Part shown: piece after piece, positions 19,666-27,670 of the stretch
Layout: the number at the start of each line of letters is the position of its first letter
Numbering within the stretch: position 1 is the first letter of the stretch
DNA from: a virus
Lineage: Duplodnaviria > Caudoviricetes
Length of the DNA: 35,438 bases
Strand: one strand, 5' to 3'
IMG/VR virus record: IMGVR_UViG_3300035530_000034
Coordinates: 1-35,438 of that record
Program-made: the position numbers and the translations under genes
Notes under the pieces: generated by a model
The model's database searches: none
The model's input: the letters and a program-made list of their open reading frames with translations, nothing else
What the model was told of the DNA's origin: nothing

Positions 19666-20262
19666 TTAAGTATCGTCTTCCCAGTCCATATCATAAGAAT
19701 TAGAAACGTCTTCTAACACTTCTGGAGTTGTACTCTCTTTGCCCGATAATTGATTGTAGAATTTTTGTAAGCTAAGTTTGTAATCGTCCTTAGCTAATCG
19801 TAATCGTTTTATATTATCGTCGGACAATTGGCTATTGAGTAAATTTGCCATCATCGCTTGAAACGCTTCAGCTTTATATCGCGGAACATCTGATTTAGCT
19901 ACAGCATTAAATGCATCTACGGAACTAACATATTGTTCATCCATCTCTTTGAATTGTACAAAGACTGGCGGAATTTCTAAAATTACTTCACCGCGATCGA
20001 CAACCTGTAAAGGTTTATACGGATCGTATGTTTCATTAAATTCTTTTGCTAAATCTATTAATTTACGTTCTTCAGCTATAGTACGCTTTAATGAATCTTT
20101 AGGTACTAATATAGGAAAATATTTTTCAAACTTAGATAGTTCTATTATATTAGGAACTTGTTCTAAAGATTGAATTTCATCATACAAATCATCTAATACT
20201 TTTACATACTGTTTATCTATTATACCATTTTTAATCAACTTTTCTTTGGGTATTTTTTTCAT
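19666..20262 (-). CDS. Conserved hypothetical protein with acidic C-terminus
   Basis: 198-aa ORF with RBS; YDPYKPLQVVD.GEVILEIPPVF motif; ends DMDWEDDT. Confidence 0.75.
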   Translation of the reverse strand: MKKIPKEKLIKNGIIDKQYVKVLDDLYDEIQSLEQVPNIIELSKFEKYFPILVPKDSLKRTIAEERKLIDLAKEFNETYDPYKPLQVVDRGEVILEIPPVFVQFKEMDEQYVSSVDAFNAVAKSDVPRYKAEAFQAMMANLLNSQLSDDNIKRLRLAKDDYKLSLQKFYNQLSGKESTTPEVLEDVSNSYDMDWEDDT

Positions 20263-20286
20263 AAGCGATATAACACTCCTCTATTT

Positions 20287-20676
20287 TTAGAATTCCAACT
20301 TAACCTGTTTATTATCGTCAACTTTTATATAATTTTGTAATTGTACAACATCGTCGTCAGTAATCACTTGTATTTCGACAGATAAAGCGTATCGTGATTC
20401 GTCAATTGTAGTTGGAGTACACTGAACACTCACTTCGCTATTTGGAAATAAGTTACGATATACTTTACTCAAAACATCAGAAGTTACACTAGAGAGAGAT
20501 TTAGGATCATGTTCGGTTTCTGCAGCCAATTTATGAAATGATATTTCTTCCTCAGAAAAAGTATTAGATATTCCACTAGGTATAGAAGTAAAATGTCGCA
20601 ATACATAGACAATCATTTCAGATATATCAGATAATTGTGGATTAGAAATGTGCATTGTAGGAATTATGATAGCCAT
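20287..20676 (-). CDS. Conserved phiKZ-like hypothetical protein (gp61/62 region; possibly gp25-like fold)
   Basis: 129 aa, GGAGA RBS; N-terminal IPT, helical middle, C-terminal beta hairpin VSVQC...YALSVEIQV. Confidence 0.65.
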   Translation of the reverse strand: MAIIIPTMHISNPQLSDISEMIVYVLRHFTSIPSGISNTFSEEEISFHKLAAETEHDPKSLSSVTSDVLSKVYRNLFPNSEVSVQCTPTTIDESRYALSVEIQVITDDDVVQLQNYIKVDDNKQVKLEF

Positions 20677-20716
20677 ATTTCAATTCTCCAATTTAAACGT
20701 ACTAAAAAATTATATA

Positions 20717-20756
20717 ATATAGAAGACGGATACGTATCCATATCCGTCTTCTATAT
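20717..20756 (-). terminator. Intrinsic terminator
   Basis: 16-bp inverted repeat atatagaagacggata/tatccgtcttctatat, 7 nt past the stop at 20764. Confidence 0.7.
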
Positions 20757-20763
20757 GTAAGAT

Positions 20764-21372
20764 TTATCTGAGAGGAGAATCATAATCTGTCGGATCGAAT
20801 AACTGATCACGCAATATCTCATCGAGGTATTGGCGAGTCTGTTCAATATGATCTAACTCTTCAAATTCTAACTCAGGATCAGAAGATTTCCAAGTCCACT
20901 CTAAAGTGTACTCACCTTTCGTACTTAGATCAATATATGTATTCATAGAACCATTATTAATCAATCGCCCATATACGTCTTCGTCGGGAAGATTTTCTGG
21001 CTCATATCCAAATCCATATACTCGACCTTGCTTATGTAACTTCCTTACAGGCTCATACATAAGAATTGGCATATGCATAGATGGCGGAACATATTGGTAA
21101 TCGTCGGGTTTAATGAGGGGAGCAATTACATCATTTCGCAATAACTTATTAGCTGCAGATTTGATCTGATTTCCAATTTGTCGAATCGGTTCAATAATAT
21201 TCTGCATAAATACTTGTCGACCTTTATTGAAGATATCGTGTACACTACCAAAATATCCAGAACTCATACCCAAATTCTGATTGATACTCTGGATTAATTC
21301 TTGTGTACCCGACGTACCCAAAAGTGCCCCTGGAGTAATATTCCCGGACAATTGTAGTGGTGGTAGTATCAT
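20764..21372 (-). CDS. Conserved chimallivirus protein (probably phiKZ gp59/Imp3-like)
   Basis: Start moved to ATG 21372 (GGAGGG RBS); PSMHMPILMYEPVRKL..QGRVYGFG and C-terminal DPT motif; located just downstream of nvRNAP beta' N-part. Confidence 0.55.
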   Translation of the reverse strand: MILPPLQLSGNITPGALLGTSGTQELIQSINQNLGMSSGYFGSVHDIFNKGRQVFMQNIIEPIRQIGNQIKSAANKLLRNDVIAPLIKPDDYQYVPPSMHMPILMYEPVRKLHKQGRVYGFGYEPENLPDEDVYGRLINNGSMNTYIDLSTKGEYTLEWTWKSSDPELEFEELDHIEQTRQYLDEILRDQLFDPTDYDSPLR

Positions 21373-21467
21373 AGAAATTATCCCTCCTTGATAATTTACA
21401 TACACACTTGTCTATCTATTGTACTTATGTTATGTTAGTATTAAGTGAAATATTACAATTATACAAA

Positions 21468-21875
21468 TTATTTTACTGAATTTTTCATAACAACAACATC
21501 GATTATAGGACACAAGGATCCATCTGAATTTACATAATACACTATACCAATATCTTGAACATAATAATACGTATCAATATTAGATTTTGTACGAAAGAAT
21601 GTAGCTACCTTTTGGGAATGTGGGTGTAATTTTTTACTTTCTTCAGATCCATAATATTTTCGTAAGAGTTTTTCTACTTTTCGCATATCTGAATCAAATA
21701 TCTTCATTATTATGATCTTACCTAGAACCCATAAACATTCAGCCTGCATAACTATATAGAAAGATAGCAAATATCTAGTAAATAGATCATATTCGTTATG
21801 TAATAAACGTGTTATTGATCCAGCAAAACTGATAACTATAACTGCCCAAAATAACCCAATATACTTATTTGTCAT
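21468..21875 (-). CDS. Hypothetical membrane protein (two N-terminal TM helices)
   Basis: Start moved to ATG 21875 (GAGGA RBS); the ORF-track extension to 21950 runs through a terminator hairpin. Confidence 0.7.
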   Translation of the reverse strand: MTNKYIGLFWAVIVISFAGSITRLLHNEYDLFTRYLLSFYIVMQAECLWVLGKIIIMKIFDSDMRKVEKLLRKYYGSEESKKLHPHSQKVATFFRTKSNIDTYYYVQDIGIVYYVNSDGSLCPIIDVVVMKNSVK

Positions 21876-21913
21876 ATAAATATCCTCAATTATAAGTAAA
21901 TAGATAATAGAGA

Positions 21914-21951
21914 TGTGAGGATGCGATAAGGTTAATATACGCATCCTCACA
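21914..21951. terminator. Hairpin terminator after exon 2 of nvRNAP beta' N-part
   Basis: tgtgaggatgcg/cgcatcctcaca inverted repeat, 15 nt past the TGA at 21967. Confidence 0.65.
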
Positions 21952-21966
21952 CAATTTCTACTACTA

Positions 21967-22143
21967 TCAATCTCTTAACCAAGAATTCAATAGTACATAC
22001 TCTTGAACGGCTAAGCTGACCATAGTAACATCAGCTTTAGGACATTCAATAGATGTCATCGACTTACTAGGATGAAAATTCCAATAATGTTTAACGGCAT
22101 CCATTTCAAATATAGCCAAACAGTTAAGCGCATCCCCATCAAA
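21967..22143 (-). CDS. rpoC: Exon 2 of nvRNAP beta'-like N-terminal subunit (phiKZ gp56.1-like)
   Basis: Minus strand from 22143 reads FDGDALNCLAIFEMDAVKHYWNFHPSKSMTSIECPKADVTMVSLAVQEYVLLNSWLRD*, completing NAD|FDGD; absent from ORF track. Confidence 0.92.
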   Translation of the reverse strand, partial: FDGDALNCLAIFEMDAVKHYWNFHPSKSMTSIECPKADVTMVSLAVQEYVLLNSWLRD

Positions 22144-22667
22144 CGTACATATTCATCTAAGATCGTTACTCTCAGACCGCAGCATTACCTGCAGCTCATA
22201 CTTTCATATGAGACTAGATCATATCTTCACCCTAATAGGGTGCCTCCCGCTTCCACCTCACTTGAGGTGTACTCCGATGCCTCGGATGATCGTTGAAGTT
22301 TACTCATATCCTAACGGACTTAGAGTCTTACCTGCTGATTGTCCACATATCTCCATACTTTTTAGACATTCACGCCCATCTTTTCAGATCACGTTGTAGT
22401 GTACAGAGCTTTAGGAGTTTCCAGCAATTCAAGAGGTTTTCATCACAACATTACTGTTGTGAGAGACTTACTACATAGATTTAAGTAATACAAAATTCCC
22501 AATTGTATACTTATCTTTATCAGAATTTAAGAATGTCCAAACTATATCCGGAGATATACCCATTAAGAGGAACTTGATACAAATTTTTATTTCATAATAA
22601 TAGAGTGTTAAGAAGTTTTGGGAATTTTTTAACCAAGTTATCTTGGCTTTTATCTATGTAGATGTCC
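22144..22667 (-). mobile_element. Group I self-splicing intron (524 nt) in the RNAP catalytic motif; no intact homing endonuclease
   Basis: 5' exon ends in U (GAU), intron ends in G; P AAUUGCUGGAAA (22418-22429), Q AAUCAGCAGG (22331-22340), R CUUCAACGAUCA (22287-22298), S AAGAUAUGAUCU (22216-22227); P7 GAUCA/UGAUC; P3 CCUCUU/GGGAGG; P8 CACCCUA/UAGGGUG; GNRA-capped P2 and P9. Confidence 0.93.
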
Positions 22668-23930
22668 ATCTGCATTAGGACCTTTTACAATAGCACTCGA
22701 AATTGCTATTGTAGTATCTGTTATATCTCGCTTAACTTTGGTTACAAATACTAATTGTATAGATTGATGAACTAGACTTGGATTTCTTTGTAGCAATACC
22801 GGCAATCCTGACAAATTAACTTGTTGTCCATTTTCATCAACATAAGCAGCTTCTTCGATAAGTATTTTAAATATCTCATCAATATCTGGATCATATATAA
22901 CTAAAGCTTTTGTAACTTTAGCTAATGCATCAATAACCTCATAACCCTTACGGTTAATCAGTATATTCATAATCATTAGCTTGTAAGTATTTACTCCAAT
23001 CTTCCATGGAATATGAATTTCATCAGCTTGTTGTGCTCCAATAATAGGAATGATAACAGATCTAAACGTACCATGTAATCGAGTACCAAAGATATGTTTT
23101 CTAATAAGTCCTTCTTTTGATGCCAACTTTTCTTTGATGATTTTCGTTAAGTAGTTCACGTACGACTTATAAGCTCCAAATGTGACCTGTTCTAATTTTG
23201 TCGGATGCGTCACTACAGTCCTAAGCGTAAATGGAATAGTTACCAGATCGATAATAGCAGACAATATATCCTTACTACTACTATCTGCGTATGTTAATGA
23301 TCGTCCTTCCTTGTGAATGGGGTGAAGTTCGTTAGACAGTATAGGCAATTTAGTACACCAAATTTTATCTCGATATCTATCCAAGAACCATTTGATGTAA
23401 TTTACTTGTTTTTTAGTCCTAGTTTTATAATGGACGTGGAGAAAGTAATCCATCAAATAATCAAAGTTATCTTTAAGATAATTAAATCCTTGTCCCAAAA
23501 TTACATTAGAAAGTTCTTCAGGAACAACAGCATCTACATCTAGCATGATATCAAGATACGATTCATTTGATTTCTTTAACCAGTCCGATAAGATCATATA
23601 CGCAACTGGGTGCATAAAAGCTTGAATCCCTGGAGGTGTACCAATCCACACTTTGTGTTTAAGTGAATCTACAAATTGTGACTCAACTACAGATTTGCAA
23701 ATGGGACATTTAGATCCGATATAATAATTACCCTTTAGATGTCCACATTCACATTCAGCAATGTATCCAATATCCTCATTCTTATTTTCAGTATATACTA
23801 AATTTGTAACAGCTTCTGCAAAATTCGGTTCTGTAAAAGATATGTTATTTACGAGTACTGCATCTGGATTATCGGAAAATAGTTTATCTAGATCGATAAT
23901 ACCTAACATCCGATTTATAGTTTCATCCAT
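22668..23930 (-). CDS. rpoC: Exon 1 of nvRNAP beta'-like N-terminal (catalytic) subunit (phiKZ gp55-like); spliced product ~479 aa
   Basis: Zn finger CECG...CPIC, KEGLIRKHIFGTR...RSVI, LLQRNPSL, VKGPNAD; ATG 23930 with AAAGGAGG RBS. Confidence 0.95.
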
Positions 23931-23985
23931 ATACGTATTCCCTCCTTTAGTTAGAATATATATGGAAATAGATCTATACACTTTA

Positions 23986-23996
23986 ATAATATATAT
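23986..23996 (-). promoter_or_regulatory. Putative early promoter motif ATATATATTAT upstream of nvRNAP beta' N-part
   Basis: Recurring 11-mer, 56 nt upstream of ATG 23930 and just after a terminator. Confidence 0.55.
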
Positions 23997-24011
23997 CTAC
24001 AAATGTGATAA

Positions 24012-24058
24012 AAAATAAAGGGACATGCAATTCTCTGTACTATATGTCCCTTTATTTT
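24012..24058. terminator. Intrinsic terminator
   Basis: aaaataaagggacat/atgtccctttatttt inverted repeat. Confidence 0.7.
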
Positions 24059-24079
24059 ATAGTCGAAATAAGTAGGAAA

Positions 24080-24448
24080 TTATTCACTCACCCATTCCCA
24101 AGTAATGGGAATAACTACAAGTTGTTCAGTATAATGTCGAGGATCAGTCTGACCATATTTATCCATAGCCCAAATCCAACCTACACTACTTGCAGGTGTA
24201 CATGACCATACTTTAGATATCCCTTTTTGTTGCATAATATTCAACAGATCAGTTTTCTCAGCCAAAAGTACCAACATGTCAATAGTAGGTATAGAATATG
24301 ATTTAGTCAAATTGTTATTATAATCTAAAATATAATCAACAACAGACAACATTGTATTATTTTCTTTGGATTTTTCAAGATACTTTTCAGAAGCGATTAT
24401 TGTTTCGATAACTTTTTCAGGAGTTGCAATATTGACATTATCCATCAA
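24080..24448 (-). CDS. Hypothetical protein, degenerate DUF1566/Lcl C-terminal (C-type-lectin-like) pattern
   Basis: YSIPTIDML..L ... VWSCTP.....IWAMD..G ... VVIPI resembles WRLPT..EL / YWSST / AW.V.F..G; AGGAGA RBS (start 24448 or 24445). Confidence 0.55.
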   Translation of the reverse strand: MMDNVNIATPEKVIETIIASEKYLEKSKENNTMLSVVDYILDYNNNLTKSYSIPTIDMLVLLAEKTDLLNIMQQKGISKVWSCTPASSVGWIWAMDKYGQTDPRHYTEQLVVIPITWEWVSE

Positions 24449-24490
24449 GATCTATAGTCTCCTGTTAACTATTAATTCTATTGATAAAAA

Positions 24491-24529
24491 TATAAAGAGA
24501 CACTCTCGAAATGAGAGTGTCTCTTTATA
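24491..24529 (-). terminator. Strong intrinsic terminator after chmA
   Basis: 17-bp inverted repeat tataaagagacactctc/gagagtgtctctttata with A-run on the left. Confidence 0.8.
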
Positions 24530-24536
24530 CTACATA

Positions 24537-26123
24537 CTACCGGTAGTATCCTGCCGGATTCTGATAATGGTACCTTCCCTGTCCATAACGGGAACCCATT
24601 GCGGATGTAACTGCGAACGAACCCGAGCCATAGGCTTCGGACTGCTTCAAGATCAGATCCATATTGATACCAGACATGGATACCAAACTGGTGGAGATGT
24701 TCAGTACCTTATGTACAACTTCGCCCATCGTCCTAACGAGCTCAGCATCCAGTACACAAGTCTGACTGATATACAATCGACGGAATTCGCTCATAATTTC
24801 TCGAACCAAATCAGCTCGAGGCATGGGATCGATATCTCTTCTCATCAACTCAGTCACACGAGGATTATTCCCCATCGATCTTACGCAGGACAGATAGTCA
24901 ACAATACGACTATCGTACACATTCCCACTACGAGCAACGTATCCAACAAATTCTTCAAATACTGAACGTGCGGGAATAATATTGTTGGGAATATTCAACC
25001 CAAGGAACTGTCCAAAAATATTTCGGACAAGACCATCAGCTTCCTGAGTCCGATCAGCCAACAGTTCAATACGAGGAATACGAGCTCGACCATCGACAAT
25101 ATCGATTGCCAGAACAGGACGTTCGCAATAGATGTTGATGAACTGATCGCGTTCTTCTACGGAAGAAGCTGACCAAGGCTGACCATTTTCCGTACGAATC
25201 AAATTACCAATATTCGGCTTATCCGATTCAAACGATGTAAACTGATTTCTCCACAACCCTTTACCAATAAACAGATCGGCAGCAACAGAGATGGCAGTTG
25301 CAGCCATGGACATGGTGGGCAGAGAAGATACGATATCAGTGATGTGTACAATGGGCACATATTTGGTAGTCATCCCATCTGCAAACGAAGGTAGGAATTC
25401 AACATAAGCCAGTACCCCGACAATAGGAGTAAATCGAGCCTGCTGATATTGATCCTGTCTACCGCCCATGTTGAGAAGATCATCCTTCTTCATGTTGATA
25501 GTAAATCCAAAGTCTCCACGAGACTGGATCTTATGGGGAGACAGGGATTCAACAAACTTCTTGGTTCTAGATACATCGATATCCGTAGTATACTGAATTT
25601 TTGACATGGCTTCAATAGTCATGTCATTGACTACTTCAGACCGATACGCTTTGAAGATGGCACTGATATGATCGGCCATGAACTTGGGGCGATCATAATC
25701 TTCCGATGTAACAATGATACAATTGAGTACACGGAAATCCGAACCCATCATTGCAGCAGCAGAACGAATTGCTACCACATTTACAATCGAAGTAGGAAAC
25801 TGGATATCTGTACCAACAGCTTCCTCAAAGTTAAGAACAATACCAACCTTACCCATTGCAAACAGAATAGCGCCGGACGGTTCATTCAACTGTCGAGTTT
25901 CTACAGACAACCCACGAGCAGCATCTTCCAACTCATGACGAACCGCTTTTACATACTCTGTACCTGCTGCCGAAATGTTAGCAGAAGTACCGAATGCCGA
26001 AATGATATCTGCAAAACTTGTCGGATTGGGAGCAGAAGATCCGGGAATAGTTCCACCAGTAGGAACTTCTTCTTCGATAGGCTTCTTCGTTTCAGTTGTT
26101 GCACCTTTCTTGCTAATTGCCAT
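24537..26123 (-). CDS. chmA: Chimallin-like major nuclear shell protein (phiKZ gp54-like), 528 aa
   Basis: Start moved to ATG 26123 (GGAGGAAA RBS); disordered N- and C-terminal segments; SRGDFGF, VLAYVEF, YVPIVHITD, W.NQF...NIGNL, LAIDI patterns as recalled for ChmA; upstream of nvRNAP beta' N-part; GC-richer codon use and its own strong terminator. Confidence 0.8.
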   Translation of the reverse strand: MAISKKGATTETKKPIEEEVPTGGTIPGSSAPNPTSFADIISAFGTSANISAAGTEYVKAVRHELEDAARGLSVETRQLNEPSGAILFAMGKVGIVLNFEEAVGTDIQFPTSIVNVVAIRSAAAMMGSDFRVLNCIIVTSEDYDRPKFMADHISAIFKAYRSEVVNDMTIEAMSKIQYTTDIDVSRTKKFVESLSPHKIQSRGDFGFTINMKKDDLLNMGGRQDQYQQARFTPIVGVLAYVEFLPSFADGMTTKYVPIVHITDIVSSLPTMSMAATAISVAADLFIGKGLWRNQFTSFESDKPNIGNLIRTENGQPWSASSVEERDQFINIYCERPVLAIDIVDGRARIPRIELLADRTQEADGLVRNIFGQFLGLNIPNNIIPARSVFEEFVGYVARSGNVYDSRIVDYLSCVRSMGNNPRVTELMRRDIDPMPRADLVREIMSEFRRLYISQTCVLDAELVRTMGEVVHKVLNISTSLVSMSGINMDLILKQSEAYGSGSFAVTSAMGSRYGQGRYHYQNPAGYYR

Positions 26124-26238
26124 AACATTTCCTCCATGGAAGTGAGTTAAATAGTGCGGCACTAGTAACCGCAAACCTTTGTAATATGTATACAAATAAT
26201 AAAACTTAACTTATCATTTATATACGTACATCACAATA

Positions 26239-26249
26239 ATAATGTATAT
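26239..26249 (-). promoter_or_regulatory. Putative early promoter ATATACATTAT upstream of chmA
   Basis: One-mismatch copy of the recurring motif, 116 nt upstream of the ATG in the divergent intergenic region. Confidence 0.45.
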
Positions 26250-26443
26250 TTGAAAAACTAATCAAATATCAAAACTTGTCAAATGGGTACTTGAACTTAA
26301 CGTTCCTACATACACATTATGCTTTAGGTATGTTTTTAAATATACAATACCGTATTAATGAATTGTATAGTATATAAAAGAAATATATGGGTTAGTTATG
26401 ATATAATTCAAATAAACTATTATAGTTATCAGGAGATATATCT

Positions 26444-27619
26444 ATGCTATTAGAATATATGAAAAAATTCATAATAAATGATACTACCTATAACAGTAAT
26501 ATATTGACTCATTATAATAACTATATTAGTACGTTGGTAGTTAGAGGCGCTTTATTAAAAGACAGACATTATGCATTTGGTGGAAGTGAAACTAAAGGTG
26601 TAACTATACTAAAACATATATTGAGTCTTGTCGATTTAAAATATTTAAAAAGTCTACCTAATGACTTTGAAAGATTTACAAATTACTTCGATAGAGTAAA
26701 ACGAGATTGGATGGAAATTTATGATAATAATGCTACTAATAATGTATATAAGAAAACTTTTATAACCAAAAAATTATATACTTGTATGGAATATTTATTG
26801 CCGTGCGAGTGTGAAGATCCGTTGTCATTATATCCTATGGACAAAGATTGGTCAAGTTGGATGACAGCAAAACCTTTACGTTGTATAGATCACAATAGTA
26901 ATGAATATACTACTAACATATTAAATGACCAAATAGCATTTAAGATCCTTACACCCAATTATGCAGTTTTTACTCTCGATCCTATACTATTGGGATTTAT
27001 GTATTTTAAATATGTTGAATATACTGAACAATCTGAAGATGTAATCTTACCTATTCAACAATTCATTCATCGATATGTAATCGATAAGTTGATGGACGAT
27101 TTACAAGATATTTGGTTACGGAATGAAATATATCGATTATTTACTTTAGAGAGTTCTAACGATATTACTAAAGACCATTTGAGCGATTCGCTAGTAGATC
27201 AGACATATAGTTATGTCGGATTACAATATGAAACTGCTATGAAAGAAGTTTGGAAAAAGATACAAGATATTCGGACACGAAAAACTAAACCTGAAGAATT
27301 TTTACATAGTATACAACTGACTAACAATAATTTAGTTAATTATATACATAACATTTTACAATATACACATATCCCATTTCTTAGACAATATACTTGGCAA
27401 AGATATTTACGAGATGCAACGTGGGTAGATTTAATATTGGATACTTTTCTACTCGATACTTCTCGTCAGAGTACTAAAAACTTATTAAAATATTTAGTAA
27501 GAAAACAACCAACAATCGAAAGATCAAGATTTTGGGACAATATACACGATCCACTAATTAAGAATGATGTAAAGGATCGGATAACTTATCAATTGGAGAA
27601 GTTAGAAAAATACGCATAA
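26444..27619 (+). CDS. Conserved phiKZ-like protein (gp52-like, probable virion protein)
   Basis: 391-aa ORF with AGGAGA RBS, divergent from chmA; W..AKPLRCIDH...YAVFTLD..LL..MY.KY...QFIHRYV pattern. Confidence 0.6.
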   Translation: MLLEYMKKFIINDTTYNSNILTHYNNYISTLVVRGALLKDRHYAFGGSETKGVTILKHILSLVDLKYLKSLPNDFERFTNYFDRVKRDWMEIYDNNATNNVYKKTFITKKLYTCMEYLLPCECEDPLSLYPMDKDWSSWMTAKPLRCIDHNSNEYTTNILNDQIAFKILTPNYAVFTLDPILLGFMYFKYVEYTEQSEDVILPIQQFIHRYVIDKLMDDLQDIWLRNEIYRLFTLESSNDITKDHLSDSLVDQTYSYVGLQYETAMKEVWKKIQDIRTRKTKPEEFLHSIQLTNNNLVNYIHNILQYTHIPFLRQYTWQRYLRDATWVDLILDTFLLDTSRQSTKNLLKYLVRKQPTIERSRFWDNIHDPLIKNDVKDRITYQLEKLEKYA

Positions 27620-27631
27620 ACGTATTCCTAT

Positions 27632-27660
27632 AGGAGAGTACCCAGTTAGGGTACTCTCCT
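27632..27660. terminator. Bidirectional terminator between convergent genes
   Basis: aggagagtaccc agtta gggtactctcct. Confidence 0.8.
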
Positions 27661-27670
27661 TATATTATAT

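Noticed and set aside
22072-22478. Three short plus-strand ORFs over the intron as a possible homing endonuclease
   Set aside because: Antisense to the ribozyme core, no HNH/GIY-YIG/LAGLIDADG motif
2115-23543. Numerous 60-120 aa antisense or out-of-frame ORFs inside large genes
   Set aside because: Nested within well-supported genes, with no RBS or recognisable motifs
22650-23981. beta' subunit as a truncated pseudogene or intein-containing protein
   Set aside because: Exact group I splice junctions restore the frame; the intervening DNA has an in-frame stop, so it is not an intein
24366-26150. Long plus-strand ORFs (24366..24965, 25668..26150, 25714..25938)
   Set aside because: Antisense shadows of the GC-richer chmA gene; no RBS, and one crosses a terminator
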